In this document: piece after piece, positions 51,590 to 63,836 of the stretch | Numbering within the stretch: the stretch's first letter is position 1 | Layout: the number at the start of each line of letters is the position of its first letter | NCBI GenBank assembly: GCA_964016885.1 | Contig: OZ024745.1 | Span: forward strand, 101,990,001-102,054,000 | Origin: Eledone cirrhosa | Lineage: Eukaryota | Direction: 5' to 3' | DNA length: 64,000 nucleotides | Notes under the pieces: generated by a model | Databases searched by the model: none | Seen by the model: only the letters and a program-made list of their open reading frames with translations | Told to the model about the DNA's origin: nothing | Program-made: the position numbers and the translations under genes

Positions 51590-51768
51590 ATAATTGTTTC
51601 TACTTTAGGCACAAGGCCAGCAACTACCTAGTACATTACTGGTACTTTATTTTATCGACCCCGTAAGGATGAAAGGCAAAGTTAACCTCGGCGGGATTTG
51701 AACTCAGACTGTAAAGGGACGTAACTATGCTAGAAAGCATGGCGTCCGACCCTCTACCGATACTGCCA
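51590..51768 (-). mobile_element. SINE family B with target-site duplication
   Basis: Reverse complement of the family B body; flanked by the direct repeat CAGGAATATAATAAT. Confidence 0.85.
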
Positions 51769-51897
51769 GGAATATAATAATAATCCACTTTATGCCAAAT
51801 ATAGAATCTTTCTCCTCCCCCTCTCTTTCTCTCTCTCTTTCTCTCTCAAGTGTGGAAAGTGAATGTAAAATGGTTATATATGTATATATATATACAC

Positions 51898-51950
<53 letters not shown>

Positions 51951-52394
51951 CATATATGTATATATATATATGTATATATATATATGTATATATATACACT
52001 CACGTGTGTATGCATGTTTGCATATATATATAGTTGTATGGTATCAAATAAGATAAGACATATCCAATTCATGAGAAAGGGAAATATTCTATTGAAGGAA
52101 AATATTGGGTAAAATACTAAGAGTAGGTTTTGTGGCTGGAACACAATAGGCAAGGGTAATGTAAAGTAGAGAGGATGAGATGAGTGGGTTTAAGTAAAGA
52201 TAATATACAAACAGTAAGCTCAGATATATAGAAACCATAAATATTACATGGTAGATAGATATTCTTCTTATAGTTCCTTCTGATCGCTAAGGAGCATTAG
52301 TTTGAAACAGATCTCCACCAAACATAGTTGCCCGTTCTGTGATGGGCCTGCTCCTAGGCTACACAGTTGGATGCCCTTCCTAGCGCCAACCACA

Positions 52395-55380
52395 TTTACA
52401 GTGAGTACTGGGTGCTTTTTGTCATGATGCCTATATGACCACTTCACAGTGTGGACTGGGTACTTTTTGCTTTGTCACAATCACATTACAGTATGGGTTA
52501 GATGCTTTTTGTAGTGTCTTTATCACAACCACTTTACAGTGTGGGCTGGGTCCTTTTTGTTGTGTTGCCATCACAACCACTTTACAGTGTGGGCTGGGTC
52601 CTTTTTGTTGTGTCGCCATCACAACCACTTTACAGTGCTGGCTGGGTGCTTTTTGTTGTGTCGCCATCACAACCACTTTACAGTGTGGGCTGGGTGCTTT
52701 TTGTTGTCACCATCACAACCACTTTACAGTGCTGGCTGGGTGCTTTTTGTTGTGTCACCATCACAACCACTTTACAGTGTGGGCTGGGTGCTTTTTGTTG
52801 TGTCGCCATCACAACCACTTTACAGTGCTGGCTGGGTGCTTTTTGTTGTGTCACCATCACAACCACTTTACAGTGTGGGCTGGGTGCTTTTTGTTGTGTC
52901 ACCATCACAACCACTTTACAGTGCTGGCTGGGTGCTTTTTGTTGTGTCACCATCACAACCACTTTACAGTGTGGGCTGGGTGCTTTTTGTTGTGTTGCCA
53001 TAACAACCACTTTACAGTGTGGGCTGGGTCCTTTTTGTTGTGTCGCCATCACAACCACTTTACAGTGTAGGCTGGGTGCTTTTTGTTGTGTCACCATCAC
53101 AACCACTTTACAGTGTGGGCTGGGTCCTTTTTGTTGTGTTGCCATAACAACCACTTTACAGTGTGGGCTGGGTACTTTTTGTTGTGTCGCCGTCACAACC
53201 ACTTTACAGTGTGGGCTGGGTGCTTTTTGTTGTGTCACCATCACAACCACTTTACAGTGCTGGCTGGGTGCTTTTTGTTGTGTCACCATCACAACCACTT
53301 TACAGTGCTGGCTGGGTGCTTTTTGTTGTGTCACCATCACAACCACTTTACAGTGTGGGCTGGGTGCTTTTTGTTGTGTCGTCATCACAACCATTTTACA
53401 GTGTGGGTTGGGTGCTTTTTGTTGTGTCACCATCACAACCACTTTACAGTGTGGGCTGGGTGCTTTTTGTTGTGTTGCCATAACAACCACTTTACAGTGT
53501 GGGCTGGGTACTTTTTGTTGTGTCACCATCACAACCACTTTACAGTGCTGGCTGGGTCCTTTTTGTTGTGTCACCATCACAACCATTTTACAGTGTGGGC
53601 TGGGTGCTTTTTGTTGTATCGCCATCACAACCATTTTACAGTGTGGGCTGGGTCCTTTTTGTTGTGTCACCATCACAACCATTTTACAGTGTGGGCTGGG
53701 TGCTTTTTGTTGTGTCGCCATCACAACCATTTTACAGTGCTGGCTGGGTGCTTTTTGTTGTGTTGCCATAACAACCACTTTACAGTGTGGGCTGGGTCCT
53801 TTTTGTTGTGTCGCCATCACAACCACTTTACAGTGTGGGCTGGGTGATTTTTGTTGTGTCGCCATCACAACCACTTTACAGTGTGGGCTGGGTGCTTTTT
53901 GTTGTGTCGCCATCACAACCACTTTACAGTGCTGGCTGGGTCCTTTTTGTTGTGTTGCCATCACAACCATTTTACAGTGTGGGCTGGGTCCTTTTTGTTG
54001 TGTCACCATCACAACCATTTTACAGTGTGGGCTGGGTGCTTTTTGTTGTGTCGCCATCACAACCATTTTACAGTGTGGACTGGGTGCTTTTTGTTGTGTC
54101 GCCATCACAACCACTTTACAGTGTGGGCTGGGTCCTTTTTGTTGTGTTGCCATCACAACCACTTTACAGTGCTGGCTGGGTCCTTTTTGTTGTGTCGCCA
54201 TCACAACCACTTTACAGTGCTGGCTGGGTGCTTTTTGTTGTGTCGCCATCACAACCATTTTACAGTGTGGGCTGGGTGCTTTTTGTTGTGTTGCCATAAC
54301 AACCACTTTACAGTGCGGGCTGGGTGCTTTTTGTTGTGTCACCATCACAACCACTTTACAGTGCGGGCTGGGTCCTTTTTGTTGTGTTGCCATCACAACC
54401 ACTTTGCAGTGTGGGCTGGGTGCTTTTTGTTGTGTCACCATCACAACCACTTTACAGTGCGGGCTGGGTCCTTTTTGTTGTGTTGCCATAACAACCACTT
54501 TACAGTGCGGGCTGGGTGCTTTTTTTTGTGTCACCATCACAACCACTTTACAGTGCGGGCTGGGTCCTTTTTGTTGTGTTGCCATCACAACCACTTTACA
54601 GTGTGGGCTGGGTGCTTTTTGTTGTGTCACCATCACAACCACTTTACAGTGCGGGCTGGGTCCTTTTTGTTGTGTTGCCATAACAACCACTTGACAGTGC
54701 GGGCTGGGTGCTTTTTGTTGTGTCACCATCACAACCACTTTACAGTGCTGGCTGGGTCCTTTTTGTTGTGTTGCCATCACAACCACTTTACAGTGCTGGC
54801 TGGGTCCTTTTTGTTGTGTCGCCATCACAACCACTTTACAGTGTGGGCTGGGTCCTTTTTGTTGTGTCGCCATCACAACCATTTTACAGTGCTGGCTGGG
54901 TCCTTTTTGTTGTGTCACCATCACAACCACTTTACAGTGTGGGCTGGGTCCTTTTTGTTGTGTCACCATCACAACCACTTTACAGTGTGGGCTGTGTCCT
55001 TTTTGTTGTGTCACCATCACAACCACTTTACAGTGTGGGCTGGGTGCTTTTTGTTGTGTCGCCATCACAACCATTTTACAGTGCTGGCTGGGTCCTTTTT
55101 GTTGTGTCACCATCACAACCATTTTACAGTGTGGGCTGGGTCCTTTTTGTTGTGTCGGTCATCACAACCATTTTACAGTGTGGGCTGGGTCCTTTTTGTT
55201 GTGTCGCCATCACAACCATTTTACAGTGTGGGCTGGGTCCTTTTTGTTGTGTCACCATCACAACCATTTTACAGTGTGGGCTGGGTCCTTTTTGTTGTGT
55301 CACCATCACAACCATTTTACAGTGTGGGCTGGGTCCTTTTTGTTGTGTCACCATCACAACCACTTTACAGTGTGGGCTGG
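52395..55380. repeat. 48-bp satellite (~62 copies) derived from a SINE-A-like segment
   Basis: Unit TTTACAGTGTGGGCTGGGTGCTTTTTGTTGTGTCGCCATCACAACCAC; preceded by SINE sequence GGATGCCCTTCCTAGCGCCAACC. Confidence 0.95.
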
Positions 55381-56999
55381 AGGCTTCACTGGATGTATAC
55401 TTCAGCTTGTCCTCATGGAAGATGTGTGGTGGTGCCTACTATATATATATGCTTCAGCTTTGGCCTTTGACTGTGAGAAGTTGGGTATTCTATATATATA
55501 TATGTGTGTGGTTAAAAAGTCTCTATACATTGAACTCTATCTTGCAATTTCAGGAAATTCATCTGAGGGTGCCTTAATTTATCACACTGTTTGTGATTGT
55601 TTGAACAATCCAAGTACATAAAATGTTCATACAAGAAAGTAAAGGAAATTCGTATTTTATACAGATTAATGTACAACATTTAGTAATTGGGATAATCAGT
55701 TTTGAAATGTTTATATTATTTTAAAGAATAAGCTAATCTTTTTTTCTTTTATCTCGCCGTTACATTCTTGCCTTATAATGCATTTCATATCATAAATGAT
55801 GAGCCACTATGTTGTCACTTGGCTTACTAGAAACAACAACCATATCTCCTTCAAATCACATTTTACCAGTTTTTAAGATTTATACACTATATCTAAAATC
55901 AAGATGGTGTAGTAATGATTTTTAAGTCTTTGATCACAGATTGTGAAAATCAAATTTAGAAGTGCATAAAGTCCCTTCCTTTCATTTAGTTGGTCTTAAC
56001 CAATTTGAAAGTAACCCCTGCCAAGTACATCTAAATTGACAGCACTTTTATGTCAATACAGATCTACTCCATGTGTAGTTAACAGATCTGTAGATATGTA
56101 TTGTTATAAAAGTGCTGTCAATTTGCTTCTGTTGGAATTTTCTTTCATTTTGGAGTTTAAATTATAAGGGTTATATTAGTTGAACCTCAGGTTAATGTAG
56201 CTTTTAAATATTTCTTTTGCTGTATCAAATGAAAAAGAAAGAAGGCCACTCATCAGATCAGTTGAAGAAAAGTATGTTTCATTAGTCTTTCCATTGCTGA
56301 TATCATTTGCTGGTCACAACTCCAGGCTGGAGTAGCTGGGATTTGAACTCAGAACTCACAGATACTGGGAAAAATGTTATCCAACTTTTCACCAATTCTG
56401 CCAATTCACTGCCCCTGGAATGGTATTCTATTTATTAAGCCTGAAAGGATAAGTTGACTTCAGTGGGATTTGAATTCATAACACATTAAACCAGAACATT
56501 TCCCAAGGTATTTAATCTGATTCTGACAACTCTGCCAATTTATCACATCAAAGTCTGAACTAACATAGGAGTTTAAATTCTGATACAAGTTTGGCTTGAC
56601 TCCCTTGTAAGGTTTTTCTTTCCTTATTTTCTTTTCTCTTTGATCAGTCTATTGTGGTGTTCAGGGTACCAGCTTAGTTTAGTATGTGAATATACTTGCT
56701 CAGAAGTCATCTCTATTGATTGTAATTCTTGGTTATCTAAAGTGCAATCAGTTTTGGAAATAAACCAAGTCACAATGTAATTTTGTTGAATAATTTTAGA
56801 TTCGCTTGCCTGTAGTCACATCTTAAAATTATCTTAACTTAATATCTTTTCCTTTAATTATCAGTTTTTTATCTCAAATTTCTCATTTTTCTTCTTCATT
56901 TCTTGTCTTATGTAGAAGCTAATAAATGGTTGTATTATTATTGGGTGACTTTTACTTTGCTTCCAATGTTTCTTTCTCACAACTTATTTAATTGTACTT

Positions 57000-57295
57000 A
57001 AGCACAGACATGGCTATATGGTTAAGGAGTTTGCTCGCAACCATGTAATTTTCAGTTCAGTCTCACTGCATCTTACATATAGCTACAAGTTTACCAAAGC
57101 TTTGTGAATGAAATTTAATAGACAGAAACTGTGCAGAAGCCCATTTTATGTATGTTTACTGTTTATGTCCTGTATCTTAGTAGTTAAATTTTTTAAAAAT
57201 AATCAATAAAATAAATACCCAGTTTGAATATATGTATGGGGTTAAGATGATCAACTAAATCGCTTCAAGGAGTGCCCCAGCATGGCCGCAGCCCA
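57000..57295 (+). mobile_element. SINE family C (decayed)
   Basis: Similar to 4048-4410 (GCAACCATGT, TTGTGAATGAAA, GAAACTG..AGAAGCC, CAGCATGGCC). Confidence 0.6.
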
Positions 57296-57507
57296 TCATC
57301 ATCATCATCTATCCGTTTACCCTGCCACCAAGTAGAAACAGGTCAGTTCCTAGACTTTAAAAAAAATTAATAATAACTCAAGAAGCTATTGTCAACTGTT
57401 GACCTTGCAACCAGCATCAAAAAACAATTGACTCCCACTCTTATGTTTAGCTCCTTAATCTTTCTAAAGAGAGAAAATATTGACAGGCACAGCTGAGTAG
57501 GTAGCTA

Positions 57508-57725
57508 TATGGATTGGCAGTATCGGTAGAGAGTTGGACGCCATGCTTTGCAGCGAAGAGTTACGGCCCTTTATAATCTGAATTCAAATCCCACTGAGGT
57601 TAACTTTGCCTTTCATCCTTACGGGGTCGATAAACTAAAGTACCAGTCACGCACTAGGGTCGATCTAATCGACTTTCCCCTCCCCCAAAATCACTGGCCT
57701 TGTGCCTATATAAGAAACCTATATT
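57508..57725 (+). mobile_element. SINE family B
   Basis: GGATTGGCAGTATCGGTAGAG..GAATTCAAATCCC..TTTGCCTTTCATCCTTACGGGGTCGATA. Confidence 0.85.
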
Positions 57726-57858
57726 TATTCAGCAATATATACACATCTTAATATATCAGTTGTAAGAGGACCTTAGTGACATCCAGCATTTCTTGGGCAT
57801 TTTAAAAATCTGGCAGAGCCCATCTCCTCTCCATGTCAGAGCACAGCCAATTCCTTAA

Positions 57859-58078
57859 CCCTTTAATGTTCAAACCGGCCAAAACCGGCCAGAATTCTCT
57901 ACCTCTTTCTGTTGAAACTGGCAGTAACCGGTCGCTCAAACTGATGTTAAGGTATTGTTTTCAAAATAAATACTTTCAAAATCTCATAGATTCGATATTA
58001 TGTGAGATAATTGTGTGAGGTAAAGCCTTTACCATGAAAATATAATAGTATATATAGAGTAATGTGAATGCTAAAGGG
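57859..58078. mobile_element. piggyBac-like MITE (family 1)
   Basis: TTAA-CCCTTT...AAAGGG-TTAA; 3' part near-identical to 2940-3030. Confidence 0.75.
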
Positions 58079-58440
58079 TTAAAGAGAATAAGAGGTAGTA
58101 ATAGAGAAGAAATTAGAAAGAGTTATAGAAGAATAATCGACCCCAGTATTGGACTGGTATATTTTTTATTGACCTCAGAAGGAGGCAAAATTAACGTTGG
58201 TGAGATTTGAACCCAGAGATCTGAAAGTTTTCTATCTGATAATCTAACGAATCTGCCAATTTGCTGGCCTATTGACAATACTACAAATATTTAATGAATA
58301 TAAATGTATATGTGTATTGTTGGGACAATGAATATCTTGCTGGGAAACACTGAAAACAACTAATAAAGATCTCAAAAGACAATTCTGTAAACACAAAAGG
58401 TTGGAGGTGCTATATAAACTGGCATAACACAGTTGAAACA

Positions 58441-58960
58441 GTGATGATGATGATGATGATGATGATGATTACCAGTGCAGTTGTTGTTATTGTTCTTTTA
58501 ACAGTGGTGGTGGTGGCGGCAGCAGTGGTGTGGTGGTGATGGCAGTGGTGGTAGCTGCAGTAGTAGTAGTGGTGGTGATGGTGGTGGTAGTGACGGTGAT
58601 TGTGGTGGCACTGGTGGTGATTGTGGTGGTAGTGGTGGTGCCAGCAGTAGTGGTGGTGATGGTGGTGGTGATGGCAGTGGTGGTAGCTGCAGTAGTAGTG
58701 GTGGTGATGGTGGTGGTAGTGACGGTGATTGTGGTGGCAGTGGTGGCAGTAGTGGTGGCAGTGGTGGTGGTAGTAGTGGTGCCAGCAGTAGTGGTGGCAG
58801 TGGTAGTAGCTGCAGTAGTAGTAGTGGTGGTGATGGTGGTGGTAGTGACGGTGATTGTGGTGGCACTGGTGGTGATTGTGGTGGTGGTGGCGATTGTGGT
58901 GGTGGTGGCAGTGGTGGTGCCAGCAGTGGTGATGGTGGTGGCACCAGTGGTGGTGGCAAT
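58441..58960. repeat. (GTG/GTA/GAT)n cryptic triplet repeat with internal block duplications
   Basis: GTGACGGTGATTGTGGTGGCA recurs three times. Confidence 0.9.
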
Positions 58961-59194
58961 GACAACTCATTTATTATTATTCTGGAAACGATGTAATTTG
59001 ATAAATTTGAATCTAAAGCTCATTCATTAAAAGAGTAACCCAGCCATCAGAAAGATTGAAATCTATTGTTTTAATCTTTGTAAAATTATTTTGCTCACTT
59101 TAAACTCATTTGAAATATATCATTGGTTGCAATAGCCCCCTCCCACCCCCTCACACTTAGTATATACTCTCTCTCTCTCACATTCACTCCGGAT

Positions 59195-59662
59195 ACATTT
59201 ATATAGGTTCTACCATGCATGTTCACACCATACACACATATATACACACGCACATATTCTAGAGAATACCGTCTTTGGTACACATCTATATAGGTTCTAC
59301 CATCCATGTTCACACCATACACACATACACACACACACACACATATATATATACACACACATATATACACACGCACATATTCTAGAGAATACCTTCTTTG
59401 GTACACATCTATATAGGTTCTACCACACATGTTCACACCATACACACACACACTCACATACACACTCACACACACACTCACACATTCTAGAGATTACCTT
59501 CTTTGGTACACATCTATATAGGTTCTACCACACATGTTCACACCATACACACACACACTCACATACACACTCACACACACATACACATTCTAGAGATTAC
59601 CTTCTTTGGTACACATCTATATAGGTTCTACCACACATGTTCACACCATACACACACACACT

Positions 59663-59699
<37 letters not shown>

Positions 59700-60112
59700 T
59701 CACACACACACTCACACATTCTAGAGATTACCTTCTTTGGTACACATCTATATAGGTTCTACCACACATGTTCACACCATACACACACACACACTCACAT
59801 ACATACACACACACACTCACATACATACACACACACACATTCACACACACACTCACACATTCTAGAGATTACCTTCTTTGGTACACATCTATATAGGTTC
59901 TACCACACGTATTCACACCATACACGCACACTCACATACGCACTCACATACACACTCACACACACGCAGATATTCTAGATATTACCTTCTTTGGTACACA
60001 TCTTTATAGGTTCTACTGTGCATGTTCACACCATACACACATACACATGCATACACACACACATATATACACATATACATATGTACACGTTCTATAGATT
60101 ACCTTCTTTTGT
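59195..60112. repeat. Minisatellite with a ~65-bp constant core and variable (CA)n spacers
   Basis: Core ATTCTAGAGATTACCTTCTTTGGTACACATCTATATAGGTTCTACCACACATGTTCACACCATAC; ~7 full and 2 partial copies. Confidence 0.92.
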
Positions 60113-60384
60113 ATTCTGTTCCAGGATTATCAATCAATGCCAATTTGGGGTGTCATTGATTGATAACCATTTAGCTGTTCAACAAGTGAGCTACTGTGGT
60201 ATTTTTTCTTCTCTTCATTGGCATTTAATTTGTTTGGTTTTAGCACACATAGTGGGGACAGTGTTCTTTGGAGATGAAGAGATTTGTCAATTGGGAAAGG
60301 TGTCAAGCTGATCTGAAATCACATCGAAAGCACCATCTCTATAACCACTGTTCATATATATATATATATATATATATAGTATAT

Positions 60385-60725
60385 ATCATTTCATTCATTT
60401 TACGTCCGCTTTTTCCCTGCTTGCAAGGGTGGTACGGGAACTGATACTGGCTTGATTTCTACAGCTGGATGCCCTTCCTAACACCAACCTCATTTACAGT
60501 GAGTACTGGGTGCTTTTTTTTTTGCCGTGGCACCTCCACAACCACTTTGCAGTGGAATGATAGGGACCTCAGTCCCTAGCATCTCATTTCTACAGCTGAG
60601 TAAACTGGAGCAATGTGAAATAAAGTGTCTTGCTCAAGGAAACAACACATCACCCGGTCTGAGAATTGAACTCACAACCTTTTGATTGCAAGACCAATGC
60701 TCTAACCACTAAGCCATGTGCCTCC
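60385..60725 (-). mobile_element. SINE family A
   Basis: Reverse complement of 19806-20140. Confidence 0.9.
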
Positions 60726-60822
60726 ATATATGTATGTAAAAGGTAAACAGAAATAACAACACAATCGGTACAGTATATGGAAGGTATATATTAGGTAAAC
60801 GCTTGATATAGCAGGAAGAGGG

Positions 60823-60858
60823 TCTTAACGTTTCGGACGCTAGTCCTTCATCAGAAGA
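60823..60858 (-). ncRNA. Minimal type I HHR motif (intact)
   Basis: TCTT-CTGATGA-A-GGAC-TAGC-GTCC-GAAA-CG-TTA-AGA with palindromic AACGTT. Confidence 0.75.
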
Positions 60859-61139
60859 AAGAATGAGAAATAAAATAGATTAAGGGGACGGGCGGGATGG
60901 AATTGGAAACAATGTCTTTAGATAAAAATAACAGGTCCATTCATGTTGACATCTCTTGCAAAACTGTTGGTGCTGGCGTTTTCTGTATCATTTGTTTTTT
61001 TAGAAAAGTGGATGATGGCATGCGTCTACCTGTGTGGGCTGGGTGATTTTTAGCTGTGACACCTCCACGACCACTTTGCAGTGGGAGGGTGTGGGTGCAT
61101 ATTGTCTATATGCTACAGCTTGTACCCGTGGGGGGGGGG

Positions 61140-62462
61140 GGGTCGAGTCTTCTGTATTACTGCGTGACGCCAGAGGTCATGGTCGTGTGCCATCACCTTT
61201 GAGAGGTGTAATTGGGTAAGGTCGGCTTTTATCACCTCATCCCAGGTCTTCTTGTGTCTCACCACTCTGCAGTTTCCATCGACTTCTAGTGCTCCGCACC
61301 TTTTTATGCAGCTGTCATCCTTCATATGCATCACATGTCCATACCAACGCAACCACCTCTCCTGCACACAGCATTTGATTCCTCTTATGCTCAGTCTTTC
61401 TCTCAATTCGTTTATGCTTTGCCATTCACATCCATCGAAGCATGCAGGCTTCATTTCTTTCTAATCTACGCAAGTCTGCCTTTCAGTGGCAGTAGCTCCC
61501 TGAACTTCTTCCATCCCATTCTTACTCTAGTTATTGTACTTTCCGAACACCCACCTCCGCTGCTAATTCAGTCACCTAGGTAGCAGAAGCTGTCTACTGT
61601 TTCTACAGAGCCCTCCCAGAGTTTGGTGGTACTTGTTTCCTGTGGCTGTTTGCTGCTTGCTGTCCCAGCACAGCTGCTACATGAGAGGCCTACATTCTTA
61701 GTTAAGCTTCTTGAGATCCCGCTACATCTCTTGTGTACCCATTATTTGCATTTGAGGCAGAGAATGGAGTTCCTACCTACACCTTTTCTACATACTGAGC
61801 AAGGCCATTTCCCTGGGGGAATCTGGGTTGTTTTCTCGTCTACTTACAAGGACCTTAGTCTTTGTCAGGTTGACCCTGAGACCCTTTCTCTCTAGTCCCT
61901 GCTTCCAAGTTTGGAATTTCTTCTCTAGTTCTACCATAGATTCAGCTATAAGTGCAAGGTCATCTGCATACAGGAGTTCCCATGGGCATCCGGTCTTAAA
62001 CTCCTCTGTTATTGCCTGCAGGACTATGATAAACAGGAGAGGGCTAAGAACAGAGCCCTGGTGGACACCGACCTGTACGCCAAATTCCTAGCTATAGTTA
62101 TTGCTAATCCTAACTTTGCTGACTGCACCCCTATACATGGCTTGTACAGCTTTCACAAGCCATTCATCTACTCCTAGTTTTCTAAGAGCCCACCAGATTA
62201 TAGCACGGGGAACTCTGTCAAAGGCTTTCTCCAGATCGACGAATGCCAGGTAGTGCGGCTTACTTTTAGCTAGGTACTTTTCTTGTAACTGCCTCACAAG
62301 GAAGAGTGCGTCAGTGGTGCCTCTTCCTGGCACAAACCCAAATTGCATCTCATCTAGTTTCACCCGGTCCCTAATCGACTGTGCTATAACTCTTTCTGTT
62401 ACTTCCATGACCTGGTCCATCAGCTTTATACCTCTATAGTTTCCTCTATCTAGTGCATCACC

Positions 62463-62463
<1 letters not shown>
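61140..62463 (-). mobile_element. RTE-clade LINE fragment (RT plus C-terminus), decayed
   Basis: NYRGIKL, QFGFVPGRGTTDA, FVDLEKAFDRVP, VGVHQGSVLSPLLF, LLYADDL, LRWYGHV. Confidence 0.92.
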
Positions 62464-62503
<40 letters not shown>

Positions 62504-62881
62504 GAAAACGAAAAATCAGTGATGCATCGGAACTCAATTTATTGTGTGTTACAATTGTTTCCCTGGTGAACAGCTCGAGGTGCGATCTGTGTGTGGATCG
62601 ACCTGACTCTAGACTCGCAGGTTCCTCGGACACGTCTATTGATTTCGGAGCATATCCTCTTTCTGGGGTTTCTGACCCTACAGGTCTATATTGTCCACCT
62701 TCATCCACTTTGCGCGTCCTTGGGTTGGTCACTGGTTAGTGACGTCCTCATAATTCTGACCACTGGTAGCAGCCCGCCGGCTGTCAGGGCATGAGCTGTC
62801 ACTCACCCACTGTCCCGTCTGCAAAATGACTGCGGTTTGTCAGCTCACACTCCCACTCACACACACATACACAGTTACTGT

Positions 62882-63159
62882 CAGTCTTTCTTTTTAGATA
62901 GATACATAGATATAATGTTGCCCCCTTATAATATATGTCTGTATGCCTGGCTGTCTGCATTACGACATTATGAAGCTATATGTGTGTGTGTGTGTGTGTG
63001 TATATATGTATATATATAGTGTGTGTGTATATATATTTATATAGTGAGTAACGTTTTTCGAAATGTTTACTTCTGTGTTCACAGATTGATTTTTTTTAGT
63101 TTCAGAAGATCCTGTTAAGGGTGAAAGCAGCGATTCTTTGCTTAAACTTTAATCTGTTA

Positions 63160-63233
<74 letters not shown>

Positions 63234-63486
63234 TATATCCGTGTACAGATATTTTTGCATACACAATAACAAAATATAAACAAAAGTATTTATTTCATGA
63301 TAAATTATTGATTTTCTTCGTACGGAAAAAACCCTGGTAATCTACGACAATTTTTTTTTATAAGCACAAAATATAGACACCATCCTGAGGCCGAGGTATT
63401 CCGTACTTCTCTGTACTGTTTCAGAAAGGAGGGATAAACATGCCAATCTGTTTAGAAGCCCGAGCAACGCCGGGCCATTCTGCTAG
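62882..63486 (+). mobile_element. Helitron-like element (3' portion; may begin near 62465)
   Basis: GCCCGAGCAACGCCGGGC hairpin plus CTAG|T at 63483-63487; homologous to 48494-49680. Confidence 0.7.
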
Positions 63487-63494
63487 TTATATTA

Positions 63495-63836
63495 TCATCA
63501 TTATCATCATTTTTATGTCCGCTTTTCCCTGCTTGCAAGGGTGGGACGGGAACTGATTCTGGCTTGATTTCTACAGCTGGATGCCCTTCCTAACACCAAC
63601 CTCATTTACAGTGAGTGCTGGGTGCTTTTTTGCCGTGGCACCTCCACGACCACTTTGCAGTGGAATGATATGGACCCCAGTCCCTATCATCTCATTTCTA
63701 CAGCTGAGTAAACTGGAGCAATGTGAAATAAAGTGTCTTGCTCAAGGAAACAACACATCACCCGGTCTGAGAATTGAAGAACTCACAACCTTTCGATTGC
63801 AAGGCCAATGCTCTAACCACTAAGCCATGTGCCTCC
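63495..63836 (-). mobile_element. SINE family A
   Basis: Reverse complement of 19806-20140. Confidence 0.9.

Noticed and set aside
52435-55621. Long ORFs (730, 814 and 539 aa) rich in Cys/His
   Set aside because: They are translations of a 48-bp SINE-derived satellite, open on both strands and in several frames
58410-59030. His-, Pro- or Val-rich ORFs
   Set aside because: Cryptic triplet repeat open in several frames
59195-60112. CRISPR-like repeat-spacer pattern
   Set aside because: Spacers are (CA)n microsatellite, repeats are too long, there are no cas genes, and the context is eukaryotic
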